The position numbers were made by a program, and so were the translations under genes. This document shows positions 46,331 to 57,908 of a stretch of DNA of 64,000 nt, in pieces. The stretch covers positions 128,001-192,000 of the forward strand of contig CAVZMH010000019.1 of NCBI GenBank assembly GCA_963776345.1. The letters are read 5' to 3'. The DNA is from an uncultured delta proteobacterium (lineage in GTDB: Bacteria > Myxococcota > Myxococcia > Myxococcales > Myxococcaceae). A model generated the notes under the pieces. The model saw only the letters and a list, made by a program, of their open reading frames with translations. It did no database searches and had not been told where the DNA came from. The stretch's first letter is position 1. Each line of letters begins with the position of its first letter.

Positions 46331-48935
46331 ACCGGTTCCCGAGCGTGTGGTGTCCCCTGCTGACTGCCGTCCTCCTGGTCGCACCGGGCCCACCGCCGAC
46401 CGCCGCCGAGACGGACCGCGCCTCGGTCGAGCGGCTGCTTCAGACGATGGAGGCTGCCGTCGCGGCGCGAGATCTCGAGGGCGTGCTCGCCGCCTACGAC
46501 GCCGCTGATCCGGGCCTGGTCGGCCGCGCGCGCGGGGAAGCGCAGGGGTGGTTCGCCCTCGAAGGCGCCCGGGCCACCTTCCGCCTCGGGTCGCTGGCGG
46601 CCGTTCCCGAGGGCCTGGAGGCGGTCGTCCTCCGGGACGTTCGCTACCGCGAGCACGAACGCGGACAGGTCGACGCCCGATGGGAGACCGTCCGGCTGCA
46701 CCGCCTCCCGGCGGGCTGGAAGATCTTCTCCGAGGAGGAGCGGGTCTTCGCGCGGGTGGTGAACACCGACCTGAACGTCGAGCTCCACCCCGAGAGCGGG
46801 ACCATGCGGGGCTCGTCGAGCTTGAAGGTCGAGGTGACCGCTCCGGGCGAGGACCGCCTCCTCCTCCAGCTGAACCGGGGCCTGACGCCGACGTCGATCC
46901 GCGATGGGAGCGGCCGCGCCGTCCGCTTCTCCCGCGAGGCCGATGCGCTCTCGCTTCCCCAGCAGCGGCCGCTCCGATCCGGAGAGACCCGGACGCTCAC
47001 CATCGAGTTCGCCGGGACGCTGTTCAACGAGTCCCGCGAGCAGGCCTACTCGCAGGTGAGCATCGCGCCGGCGGGCTCCTTCGCCAGCTGGGTGACGCAG
47101 TGGTACCCGAGACTGCAGGGCACCGGCTCGAAGTCCCGGGGCCGCATCACCTTCGACGTGCCCGACGGGGTGGTCGTGGCCAGCAGCGGCCGGCCCAGCG
47201 CCCGCACGAGCGCCAGCGGTCGCTCGAGGCAGGTGTTCACCGTGGATCGACCGCTGGATTTCTCCTTCGCCGCGGCCCGCTACTTCCACCGGGAGAAGAC
47301 CGTCGGTGGTGTGCGCCTGGGCATCTATCTCCTCCGTGGTGGAGACGCGAAGGCAGAGCTGTACCTGCGAGAGGGAGCCCGGATCCTGGAATACGAGCAG
47401 GCTCTGTACGGCGCGTATCCCTTCGACGGATATGCCGTCGTCGAGATTCCCTCGGACGAGACGGGAACCCTCGGGGGCTCCAGCGAGCAGGGAATGAACC
47501 TCTTCCCGGTCGGCGTCCTTCCCGAGGACGGGTTCCCGCTCCTTCTGGTGGCCCACGAGATGGGCCACAGCTGGTGGGGGAATCTCGTCGGATCCTCCAG
47601 CGGGCCCATCATCGACGAGGGCCTGGCGCAGATGTCGGCCGTCCTGTGTCTCCACGAGTTCCAGGGCGAGAAGGCGATGCGCAGCTTTCTCAAGAGCGGC
47701 GTCCCGGGCTATGCGCAGTCGGCCACCCAGTACTTCGTGCGCTTCGCCAGCCCAGGAGGGAAGGACTACCCCCTGGGGGCCACGGCGCAGGGCTCGGACG
47801 CCGCGGCGGCCATGCACGACATCGCCGACACGAAGGGGATGTTCGTCTACGAGATGCTGCGGGAGCAGATCGGGCACCAGGCGTTCGTCGGTGGGCTCCG
47901 GGCGGTGGTGCAGCGCTTCGCGGGGAAGAGCGCCACCCTCTCGGACCTGCGCATGGCCTGGGAGACCTCGAGCGGGAAGGATCTGACGTCGTTCTTCCAC
48001 CAGTGGATGGATCGGACGGGGGGACCGGAGCTGGTCCTCGAGTGGACGGTGAGACCCGAAGGCCGGGGATTCGTCGTGTCCGGGACGATCACCCAGCAGG
48101 GCCAGCCGTACGATGTCGTCGCCGAGGTCGCGCTCGTCTTTCCGGGCCGTCACCAGACCACACCGGTCCCGCTGTCCGGTGCGTCCACCGCGTTCTCCAT
48201 CCCGACGGAGCAGAAGCCGGAGTGGGTGGTGCTCGATCCCGAATACAAGATCCTGCGCTGGACGCCCGCCTTCCGGAATCGACGGTTACTGACCGACGGG
48301 ATTGGCCTGTCGAGCATGGGCCGGAACGACGAGGCCATTCCCAAGCTCGCGGAGTACGTCGGGAAGGTGCCCGACAGTCTCGAGGGGAGATATCAGCTCG
48401 GCGTCGCCTGCGAAGAGGGCGGGAAGCTCGGCGATGCAGAACGCGCGTTTCGGCTCGTCCTGGATCGATACGCGAGCCTTGGCGTGTACGAGGCCGCGGT
48501 GACGCTGAGCGCGGTGCACCTCGGCCAGGTCCTCGACCTGGCGGGTCGGCGGGACGAGGCCCTGGCCGCATACCGCCGCGCCCTCGAGCTCCCGGACCAG
48601 CCCACCGCGCACGAGGCGGCCAGAGCCGGCCTCACCACCCCGTACAGGATGAAGAAGAAGTCGCCCGGCCCCAGCCGAGATCTCCTGGCCCGGTTCGTCG
48701 GGAACTACGACGCACAGCAGGGAATCGCTCTCCACGTTGCGCTCGACGAACCGGGGGTGTCCTCACCGTGTCGCAGCCCGGGAAGCCGGCGGCGACGTTG
48801 ATCTGGCTCGAGGGCAGCAGGTTCCGGGTGCCCGGCCCGAGCGGGATCCAGCTCGAGTTCAAGGGCGCACCCGAGGTCATCAGCCTCGACCTGGCCACGG
48901 GCGGGCACATCATCCATCTCCCGAAGACGAAGTGA
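46327..48935 (+). CDS. Secreted M1-family metallopeptidase (SnoaL-like N-domain, TPR, C-terminal beta domain); frameshift near 48755
   Basis: AHEMGHSWWG..IDEGLA; TPR; the frame ends at 48801 but coding sequence continues as GVLTVSQPGK...HLPKTK to 48935. Confidence 0.8.
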
Positions 48936-49095
48936 GCCTGTCTTGAGCGTCGACGGCGCTCGCCGCCAGGAGCGGAGCACGGCAGCGGGGGCCGGCCCTG
49001 CGCCGTCGACGAGGAACCGGAGCCCGGGTCCAGGAACTGGCGTCCCAGGTAGGCCCGGGTGTTTCATTCCGGCTCGCGTCACCGCGGGAGGCGAC

Positions 49096-49617
49096 ATGGG
49101 ACTGCTGGACCGGCTCCGCCGGGGCCGTAAACCCCGGCCCGCAGACACCCCGCCGGCCACCGGGGCAGAGGCCATCGCCCGGTGGCGTTACCTCCTCGTC
49201 ACCGCGCCTCCCGAGGCGCTCGTGGGCGCGCACCTGGACGGCCTCGCCGCGGTCGGGGCGGACGCGCGGCCCGCGATGCTGCAGCGGGTGCGCGCCGCGC
49301 TCTCGGCCCTCGAGCCCGGCGCGGTGGCCCCCGCTCAGCCGGCGGCGCTGGTGCGCGCGGCGGTGCGGGCCGAGCGGCGTGCGCCCGGGTTCCTCGAGCG
49401 GGCGATCGCCGCCGATGCGCGCGGGCAGGAGGCCCTCGGCGCCCTGGCCACCGCGGTGGTGGCCACCGCCGCCGCCGCTCCCTTCCTTCGCGGCTTCGAG
49501 AGCGGGCTGGACGCCGACGCGCTGGCAGATCGCCGTGCGCCCGATCTCGACGCCGACGAGGGCGCGCCGGACCCGTCCGGTGCGTCGCACGACGACGAGC
49601 TGGACGACGAGGACTAG
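49096..49617 (+). CDS. Hypothetical protein with acidic tail
   Basis: GGGAGG RBS; MGLLDRL, RWRYLLVTAPPE, AERRAPGFLER. Confidence 0.65.
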   Translation: MGLLDRLRRGRKPRPADTPPATGAEAIARWRYLLVTAPPEALVGAHLDGLAAVGADARPAMLQRVRAALSALEPGAVAPAQPAALVRAAVRAERRAPGFLERAIAADARGQEALGALATAVVATAAAAPFLRGFESGLDADALADRRAPDLDADEGAPDPSGASHDDELDDED

Positions 49618-50078
49618 GGAACGGCCGATTCCTCGGCGCGGAGCTCGCTCTCCGGTGCTCGCCGGGGCCGGAGGATGGCGTCTCCGACTGGAGCCCCACC
49701 GAGCGTCTCGATGCGGAAGCGGTGCGGCTCCCCCTTCCACAGGAGGTTGTGCAGCCCGCCGATGAACCGGAACCCAACGGAGACGAGGTCGATGTCCACC
49801 CGCCCGGTCCGCCAGGACACCCGCCGCGTCCCGCGCACGGCATAGGTCGGACCGTCGAGCGACACCTCGCCCTCGGTTTCCATCGCCCCGGACTCGAGGA
49901 GCCGCCGCGCGCTCGCCGCCTGGTGTCGGAGCATCAGCTGGATCGGCCGGTCCTGCTCCTCGCCGTCGCGCCGCCAGGTGCCGTGGAGGGTCTCGGTGAA
50001 GTCCACCGTCCCCTTGGCGGAGAGCCGCCTGGCCCAGTCCGGCAAGAGCATCAGCGCCTCGGCCCGCGATGATGTCAT
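49614..50078 (-). CDS. Hypothetical protein
   Basis: Open frame with GC3 bias (FTETLHG...); start uncertain (50078 or 50051). Confidence 0.5.
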   Translation of the reverse strand: MTSSRAEALMLLPDWARRLSAKGTVDFTETLHGTWRRDGEEQDRPIQLMLRHQAASARRLLESGAMETEGEVSLDGPTYAVRGTRRVSWRTGRVDIDLVSVGFRFIGGLHNLLWKGEPHRFRIETLGGAPVGDAILRPRRAPESELRAEESAVP

Positions 50079-50272
50079 CACGACAACAGCCTCCCCGTGC
50101 CGACAGCAGACCACTCCGGGGGCGTGGGTTGTCAACGGACGCACCAACAGTGAAGGGTCGCGCCATGCAGCCAGGGGCTGCCGCACCGCGGAATGTCAGT
50201 GACTCTCATGTGTTGCGGGCGCGGGGGCCAGGAACCTACAGTCCGCCCCCCGTTCGAGCCCAGGAGCGACTT

Positions 50273-51262
<990 letters not shown>

Positions 51263-51271
51263 AGCGCCGCG

Positions 51272-52153
51272 ATGCTTCCCCGGGAGCTCATCCGGCGCAT
51301 CCGTCGGCTGGAGATCGCCACTCGCCAGGTCGTCTCCGCGCTCCTGGCGGGCCAGTACCACTCCGTCTTCAAGGGCCGGGGCATGGCCTTCAGCGAGGTG
51401 CGGCCCTACCAGGCGGGCGACGACATCCGCTCCATCGACTGGAACGTGACCGCGCGCACCAGCGCCCCGCACGTGAAGGTGTTCACCGAGGAGCGCGAGC
51501 TCACCGTGGTGCTCCTGGTGGACGTCTCGGCCTCCGAGGAGTTCGGCTCGCGGGGGAGGCGCAAGTCGGAGATGGCGGCCGAGGTCGCGGCGCAGATCGC
51601 CTTCTCCGCCATCGCCAACAACGACCGGGTGGGGCTCCTTCTCTTCAGCGACCGGGTGGAGAAGGTCATCCCTCCCCGGAAGGGTCGGAAGCACGTGCTC
51701 CGGCTGGTGAGCGACATCCTCTCCTTCCGGCCGGAGGGCAAGGGCACCGACCTCTCGCTCGCCCTGGCCTGGCTCTCCCGGGTGACCAAGCGGCGGACGG
51801 TGCTCTTCGTGGTCTCGGACTTCCTGCTCGAGGGGTACGAGGCGCCGCTCCGCACGGCGCGGATGAAGCACGACGTCGTCCCGGTGGTGCTGCGCGACCC
51901 GATGGAGGAGGCGTTCCCCGCCCTCGGCCTGGTCGAGGTGGAGGACCCGGAGACGGGCGAGCGGGCGCTGGTGGACAGCGCGTCTCCCGGCGTCCAGCGG
52001 GAGTTCCAGGCGGCGGTGGCCCGCGCCCGGGCCGAGCGCACCCGGGTGTTCCGCAAGCTGGAGCTCGACTCGGTGGAGCTCCGCGCCGGCGAGGACCACG
52101 GCGAGGCGCTGGTGCGCTTCTTCCGTGCGCGGGCCCGGAGGCTCGCCGCGTGA
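51272..52153 (+). CDS. DUF58 (VWA-like) protein
   Basis: GMAFSEVRPYQAGDDIRSIDWNVTAR, DVSAS, SDF. Confidence 0.93.
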   Translation: MLPRELIRRIRRLEIATRQVVSALLAGQYHSVFKGRGMAFSEVRPYQAGDDIRSIDWNVTARTSAPHVKVFTEERELTVVLLVDVSASEEFGSRGRRKSEMAAEVAAQIAFSAIANNDRVGLLLFSDRVEKVIPPRKGRKHVLRLVSDILSFRPEGKGTDLSLALAWLSRVTKRRTVLFVVSDFLLEGYEAPLRTARMKHDVVPVVLRDPMEEAFPALGLVEVEDPETGERALVDSASPGVQREFQAAVARARAERTRVFRKLELDSVELRAGEDHGEALVRFFRARARRLAA

Positions 52154-53175
52154 CCGGGCTCCGGACGCTGCTCTTCCTGACGCTGGCCGCTCCGGTGGGT
52201 GTGCTCGGCCCGGCCGCGAGGGGCGCGCCCGCGGAGGGGGCGGCGGATGCGGGCGCCGAGCGTCGCGTGGAGCCGCTGGCGGTGGACCGGCAGGTCATCC
52301 CCGAGGCGGTGCGGCTCGGCGAGCCGTTCGTCTACCGCCTCACCCTGCACCATCCGCCCGGACAGCGGTGGGAGCTGCGCACCCCGCGGGACCTCGGCGG
52401 CTTCGAGCTGCTGGAGCAGAGCCGGACCCGGCAGGACGGAAAGGGGGAGAGCACCACCACCTACCTCCTCAAGATGTCGCTCTTCGCCCTGGGCAGCCAC
52501 GTGCTCCCCACCCTGACCTTCGACGTGGTGGATGCGCAGGGCGGCGGGGTGGCCCGCATCGACGGCCCGGACATCGAGGGGAAGAGCAGCCTCCCCAAGG
52601 ACGCCGATCAGCTGGGGGCCAAGCTCGAGGACATCAAGCCCAACGAGGACGTGCCGGTCCGCAGCTGGCGGTTGCTCTGGTGGCTCGCCGGCGCCGCGGC
52701 GATCGCCGCGCTCGCCTGGCTCGCCCGCCGCGCCTGGCTCCGCCGGCCGAGGCGCCTCGCCCCGGCCGTGCCCCCGCTCCCGCTCGAGGAGCGCATCCGG
52801 CAGGCCCTCGACGCGCTCGAGGCCGAGGGGCTGCCGGCGCGGGGGCTCCAGCGCGAGTTCCACTTCCGGCTGAACGCGCTGGCCCGGGGCTACCTCGGCG
52901 AGCGCTTCGGGTTCGACGCGCTCGAGTGCACCAGCGGCGAGCTGCTCCGCGAGGTGGAGCGCCGCGACTTGCCCGGCGTGGACCAGGCGGGGCTCCAGCG
53001 CTTCGTGGACCAGTGCGACGTGGCCCGCTACGCGCGCGGGGACGTGCCGGTGCCGGCGTGCGCCGGGGCGCTCGCGTTCGCCCGGTCGCTGGTCGAGGCC
53101 ACCCGTCCCGGACCGCCGCCGACCGAGCCGCCCCCCGGGCCGCCGGAGCCGGGGGCCGAGGTGGCCAGGGCGTGA
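52150..53175 (+). CDS. Bat-operon membrane protein (DUF4381-like)
   Basis: GTGA overlap; signal peptide, Ig-like domain, LEDIKP + TM, YLGERFG..ALECTS.E. Confidence 0.75.
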   Translation: MTGLRTLLFLTLAAPVGVLGPAARGAPAEGAADAGAERRVEPLAVDRQVIPEAVRLGEPFVYRLTLHHPPGQRWELRTPRDLGGFELLEQSRTRQDGKGESTTTYLLKMSLFALGSHVLPTLTFDVVDAQGGGVARIDGPDIEGKSSLPKDADQLGAKLEDIKPNEDVPVRSWRLLWWLAGAAAIAALAWLARRAWLRRPRRLAPAVPPLPLEERIRQALDALEAEGLPARGLQREFHFRLNALARGYLGERFGFDALECTSGELLREVERRDLPGVDQAGLQRFVDQCDVARYARGDVPVPACAGALAFARSLVEATRPGPPPTEPPPGPPEPGAEVARA

Positions 53176-54182
53176 TGGCGTTCACCTGGAAGAGCCCGGA
53201 GGCGTTCTGGCTCCTGCTGCTCGTCCCCCTGGTGGGCGCCTGGTCCGTCTGGACCGCGCGGAACCGGGTGGCGGCGCTCCGGTACCCGGTGGCGCGGGTG
53301 CTCGCCGCGGGCGGGCCCGGCCTCCGCGGCACGGCGCGGAAGGCGCTCCCGCTGCTCCGGATGGCCGCGGTGGCGCTGGCGGTCGTCGCGCTCGCCCGGC
53401 CGCAGACGGTGGGCGCGCGGGTGCGGGACCTCTCGGTGGAGGGGATCGACATCATGATCGCCCTCGACCTCTCCACCTCGATGGAGGCCGCCGACTTCCG
53501 CCCGCAGAACCGGATCTACGTCGCCAAGGAGACGCTGAACGAGGTCATCTCCTCCAGGGTGAACGACCGCATCGGCCTGGTGGTCTTCGCCGGCGCGGCC
53601 TACACCCAGGCCCCGCTCACGCTCGACTACGGGGTCCTCCGCGAGGTGGTGAAGCAGCTGCGCACCCGCGTGCTGGAGGACGGGACCGCCATCGGCGACG
53701 CGCTCGCGGTCTCGCTCAACCGGCTCCGCGACTCGGACGCCAAGAGCAAGGTGGTGGTGCTGATCACCGACGGCGACAACAACGCCGGGCGCATCTCGCC
53801 GCTCGACGCCGCGGCGATGGCCAAGGCGCTGCACATCCCGGTCTTCACCATCCTGGTGGGGAAGGGCGGGAAGGTGCCGTTCCCCGACGGGACGGACCTC
53901 TTCGGCAATCCGAGCTACCGCGAGCTGGACATCGCGGTGAACCCGGGCCTGCTCCAGCAGATCTCGAAGATGACCGGCGCCGAGTACTACCGGGCCACCG
54001 ACCGGGAGTCCCTCCGCGCCGGGCTGAACGGGATCCTCGACCGGCTGGACAAGAGCAAGCTGCTCGAGGGGGGCGCGAGCGCCAACTACCAGGAGGAGTT
54101 CCCGCCGTTCCTGCTCGCGGCGTTCCTCTGCGCCGGGCTGGAGCTGCTCCTTCGCTCCACCGTGCTGAGGGTGTTCCCGTGA
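53175..54182 (+). CDS. batA: BatA VWA protein
   Basis: ALARPQ, MIDAS DLSTSM, DRIGLVVF, GTAIGD, LITDG. Confidence 0.88.
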   Translation: MAFTWKSPEAFWLLLLVPLVGAWSVWTARNRVAALRYPVARVLAAGGPGLRGTARKALPLLRMAAVALAVVALARPQTVGARVRDLSVEGIDIMIALDLSTSMEAADFRPQNRIYVAKETLNEVISSRVNDRIGLVVFAGAAYTQAPLTLDYGVLREVVKQLRTRVLEDGTAIGDALAVSLNRLRDSDAKSKVVVLITDGDNNAGRISPLDAAAMAKALHIPVFTILVGKGGKVPFPDGTDLFGNPSYRELDIAVNPGLLQQISKMTGAEYYRATDRESLRAGLNGILDRLDKSKLLEGGASANYQEEFPPFLLAAFLCAGLELLLRSTVLRVFP

Positions 54183-56092
54183 GCGGGACCGCCTGGCGCT
54201 TCACCGTGCTCGGGTACCCGGTGGGCCTCGGCGCCCCGGAGTGGCTCCTGCTCGGGCTGGTGGCGCTGGCGGTCGGCGCGGTGGCCGCAGCGGCGGCGCT
54301 CCGGCGCCGGGCGGCCGTCCGGCGGCTCCTCGGCGAGCGGCTGGGTGACAGCCTCGCCCCGGGCGTGGAGGTGGCGCGTCCGGTGGTGCGCGCGGTGTCC
54401 ACCGGGCTGTCGCTCCTCCTCTTCGCCCTCGCCCTCGGCCAGCCGCAGTGCGGGAGCCGCGCCGAGCTCACCAAGAAGCGGGGCATCGACGTGGTGGTGG
54501 CCCTGGACGCGAGCCGGTCGATGCGCGCCCGCGACGTGCTCCCCAGCCGGCTGGAGCGGGCCAAGCTCGAGCTCTCCACGCTGCTGGACGAGCTCAAGGG
54601 CGACCGGGTGGCCATCGTGGCCTTCGCCGGCGACGCGTTCGTCCAGTGCCCGCTCACCTCCGACTACGCCGCGGCCAAGCTGTTCCTCCGCGCCATCGAC
54701 CCGGACCAGATGCAGGAGGGCGGGACCAACATCGGCGCGGCGCTGATGACGGCGCAGCGGGTGCTGGAGGGCGCCGACCGCGGGGCGAAGGACCGGGTGG
54801 TCGTGCTGCTCTCGGACGGCGAGGACCTCTCCGGCGAGGTGGGCGAGGCCACCGAGGCGCTGAAGGCGGCCGGGGTCAAGGTGTTCGCCGTGGGCATCGG
54901 CAGCGCCGGCGGCGAGCCCATCCCCCTCCTCGACAAGCAGGGCGAACGCACCGGGTACCTGAAGGACCCGACGACGGGGCAGACGGTCCTCAGCCGGCTG
55001 GACGAGGCCGGCCTGGAGGGCATCGCCCAGGCCACCGGGGGCGAGTACTTCCACCGGACGGGCGCCGTGGCCGTGCCCGAGGTCGCCGCCCGCATCGACC
55101 GGCTGCAGAAGACCGAGCTCGAGAGCCGGATCACCGTCCACTACGACGAGCGGTTCCAGGCGTTCCTGCTCCCCGGCCTCGTCCTCCTGGTGCTCGGGAT
55201 GATCGCCGGCGCACCGAGGCGTCGTCGCTCGACCGCGGTGCTGGGCGCGGGGCTGCTCCTCCTGGCCGCGCCGGCGCGGGCGCTCGGTCCGTTCGAGGCC
55301 AATCCACCCGGCGTGGAGCGCGGGCTGAAGGCGTACGACCAGGGCCGCTTCGAGGACGCGCTCCGCGAGTTCAAGGCCGCCGAGCAGGAGGCGCCCGGGA
55401 ATCCGGCGCTGGAGTACAACCGCGGAAACGCGCTCTACCGGCTCGGGCGCTATGACGAGGCGAGGGAGGCGTACCGGCGGGCGGCCGACGCGGCGGGCCC
55501 CTCTCTCAAGGAGCGAGACCTCTACAACATGGGCAACGCCCTGGCGCAGCTCGGCGACACGCAGGGGGCGATCGGCGCCTACCGGAAGGCGCTGGTGCTC
55601 GAGCCGCGCGACGAGGCGGCCCGGCACAACCTCGAGGTGCTGCTCCGGAAGATTCCGCCTCCGAAGTCGCAATCGGGTGACGGAGGGACGGACGGCGGCC
55701 GGCCGGACGGAGGGCCCCAGGACGGGGGCTCGGACGGGGGCCAGGGCGACGGTGGCCAGTCGGGGGATGGCGGGACGCAGCGCGGCGACGCCGGGACCCG
55801 GGGCGGCGCCGACGGTGGGCCGGCCGACGGTGGCTCGCGGGCCGAGCAGCAGCGGTCGCAGGAGGCCGAGCAGGACGGGGGCATGGACGGGGGGAGCCGC
55901 CCGGACGAGCCCGACGCCGGGCCTCCCGAGCCGGACCTCCTTCGGGACGCGGGAGTGGGGCGGGCCGGAGGGTTCGACCGGAGCGAGGCCGAGCGGCTCC
56001 TCGACGCCATGAGACAGAACGAAAGGAATCTCCAGCTCTGGCGGTTCCAGCAGAAGAAGAGGCAGAGAAAGCCCGATGAGAAGGACTGGTAG
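54179..56092 (+). CDS. batB: BatB (VWA)-BatC (TPR) fusion
   Basis: DASRSM, PLTSD, LSDGED; then TPRs (YNRGN, YNMGN, ARHNLE), DGG-repeat linker, EKDW end. Confidence 0.85.
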   Translation: MSGTAWRFTVLGYPVGLGAPEWLLLGLVALAVGAVAAAAALRRRAAVRRLLGERLGDSLAPGVEVARPVVRAVSTGLSLLLFALALGQPQCGSRAELTKKRGIDVVVALDASRSMRARDVLPSRLERAKLELSTLLDELKGDRVAIVAFAGDAFVQCPLTSDYAAAKLFLRAIDPDQMQEGGTNIGAALMTAQRVLEGADRGAKDRVVVLLSDGEDLSGEVGEATEALKAAGVKVFAVGIGSAGGEPIPLLDKQGERTGYLKDPTTGQTVLSRLDEAGLEGIAQATGGEYFHRTGAVAVPEVAARIDRLQKTELESRITVHYDERFQAFLLPGLVLLVLGMIAGAPRRRRSTAVLGAGLLLLAAPARALGPFEANPPGVERGLKAYDQGRFEDALREFKAAEQEAPGNPALEYNRGNALYRLGRYDEAREAYRRAADAAGPSLKERDLYNMGNALAQLGDTQGAIGAYRKALVLEPRDEAARHNLEVLLRKIPPPKSQSGDGGTDGGRPDGGPQDGGSDGGQGDGGQSGDGGTQRGDAGTRGGADGGPADGGSRAEQQRSQEAEQDGGMDGGSRPDEPDAGPPEPDLLRDAGVGRAGGFDRSEAERLLDAMRQNERNLQLWRFQQKKRQRKPDEKDW

Positions 56093-57908
56093 CCCCCTCG
56101 CCGCCGCAGCCGTCCTGGCGCTCGCCGCGTCCGCGCTCGCCGCCGAGGCGCCGGTGGTCACCCAAGAGGTGGACCGCACCGAGGTGGGGACGGACGACAT
56201 CTTCGTCCTCACGGTGCGGGCCGTGGACGCGCCCTCGGGCTCGTCGCTGCAGCCGCCGGACGTGCCGACGGTGGAGACCATCGGCACCAGCCGCGGCGTC
56301 GAGAGCAGCATCCGCTTCGGGGGCGGGGGCCCGCGGGTGCAGCAGACCTCCACCCTCAAGGTGAGGATGCGCGCGCTCAAGCCCGGGAAGCTGGTCCTGC
56401 CGCCGGCGGAGCTCCACACAGGGAACGGCGTCTTCAAGTCCCAGACCGTGACGCTGATGGTGAAGAGCGGGCATGTGCCGGGTCCCCAGGGGACCGCGCG
56501 CCGACCCGACCCGTTCGGGATGAGCCCCTTCGGGGACGACGACGAGAACCCGTTCGACGTCTTCCGGCGGCGGCAGCAGGCCGCGGGCGAGCGCGACCTC
56601 TTCCTCCGGGGCGAGCTGGACAAGAAGGAGGTCTACCAGGGCGAGCAGGCCACGCTGTCGCTGTGGATCTACGCCCGGGTGGACCTGAGCCGGGTCGACG
56701 CGGTCACCATGCCCAAGCTGGATGGGTTCTGGACCGAGGACGTGGAGACGCCCAAGGAGCTCACCGGCGAGACGCGGACGGTCGACGGCGTGCCCTACCG
56801 GGCCTACCTCCTCCGTCGGCTCGCGCTCTTCCCGGTGAAGTCCGGCCCGCGGGAGATCGGCTCCGTCGAGGCCGACATCACCACCGGCTTCCTCTTCGCC
56901 GGCCGGCGCGAGCACCGCGCCTCGCAGCCGTTGACCTTGAAGGTGCGGCCGCTGCCCCCGGGCGCGCCCGCGGGATTCCAGCCCAGCGCGGTGGGAGCCT
57001 GGGCGCTCACCGCCGAGCTGACCTCGGGGCGCACCGAGCTCGGGGCGCCGGTGACCCTCCGCATCTCGGTGGAGGGGCGCGGCAACGTGAAGGATCTCGT
57101 CTTGCCCCGGCCGGTGGTGCTGCCCGCCCTGAAGCTGTACGAGCCCACCACCAGCGACAAGACGTCCACCGTGCGGGGACGCATCCAGGGACGCCGGACC
57201 CAGGAGTTCCTCGTCCTTCCCCAGCAGACCGGCACCTTCGAGATTCCCGCGCTGGAGCTCGCCTACTTCGACCCGGAGACGCAGCGCTACGAGCGCGGCC
57301 GGACCGCGCCGCTGACCCTGGTCGTCGTGCCCGGGGCCGGGACGGCCACCGTCGCCGCGCTGCCCGGGCGCACCGAGGAGCCAGTGGCGCACAACGTGCT
57401 CAACGCCACCGCCCTCCGTCCCCTTCGAGTCTCGGCGGCGCTGGACCGGCCGCCGCCGCCCTGGCGCCGGCCGTGGTTCCTGGCCCTGCTCGGGCTGCCT
57501 CCCCTGGTCTTCGCCGGTGCGCTGGCGGGTCAGGCCGTCCAGCGGCACCGGGCGCGGTCCGACCCGCGAGGTGAGCAGCGGCGGCGGGAGCAGCGCGCCC
57601 GCGGACGGCTCGTGGCGCTGAGGACCTCGGGGCAAGGCATGGACGACGTGGCCTTCTCGGCCGAGGTGGACGCGGCGGTGGCCGAGCTGCTCTCGGTCCG
57701 GCTGGGCGCGCCGGTCACCGGACTCACCCGCGAGGCGCTGCGGGCGCGGCTGGCCGAGGCCGGGGCCCCGCCCGAGCTCCAGGCGCGGGTGGTGCGGGTA
57801 CAAGACTCCTGCGACGAGGTGCGCTTCGCGCCCGGCGCCGCCCGGATGGATCGCGCCGCGGTGCTCGACGACGCCGAGGCCCTCGCCGGCGGCTGGGAGG
57901 GCGCCTGA
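56076..57908 (+). CDS. batD: BatD family protein
   Basis: Signal peptide, repeated Ig-like domains, VYQGEQ, AVG, YFDP, C-terminal TM. Confidence 0.85.
   Translation: MRRTGSPLAAAAVLALAASALAAEAPVVTQEVDRTEVGTDDIFVLTVRAVDAPSGSSLQPPDVPTVETIGTSRGVESSIRFGGGGPRVQQTSTLKVRMRALKPGKLVLPPAELHTGNGVFKSQTVTLMVKSGHVPGPQGTARRPDPFGMSPFGDDDENPFDVFRRRQQAAGERDLFLRGELDKKEVYQGEQATLSLWIYARVDLSRVDAVTMPKLDGFWTEDVETPKELTGETRTVDGVPYRAYLLRRLALFPVKSGPREIGSVEADITTGFLFAGRREHRASQPLTLKVRPLPPGAPAGFQPSAVGAWALTAELTSGRTELGAPVTLRISVEGRGNVKDLVLPRPVVLPALKLYEPTTSDKTSTVRGRIQGRRTQEFLVLPQQTGTFEIPALELAYFDPETQRYERGRTAPLTLVVVPGAGTATVAALPGRTEEPVAHNVLNATALRPLRVSAALDRPPPPWRRPWFLALLGLPPLVFAGALAGQAVQRHRARSDPRGEQRRREQRARGRLVALRTSGQGMDDVAFSAEVDAAVAELLSVRLGAPVTGLTREALRARLAEAGAPPELQARVVRVQDSCDEVRFAPGAARMDRAAVLDDAEALAGGWEGA

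Noticed and set aside
48948..49011. Inverted repeat CGTCGACGGCGC/GCGCCGTCGACG as MITE ends or terminator
   Set aside because: Single occurrence, long loop, no U-tract or target duplication; could be chance in GC-rich DNA
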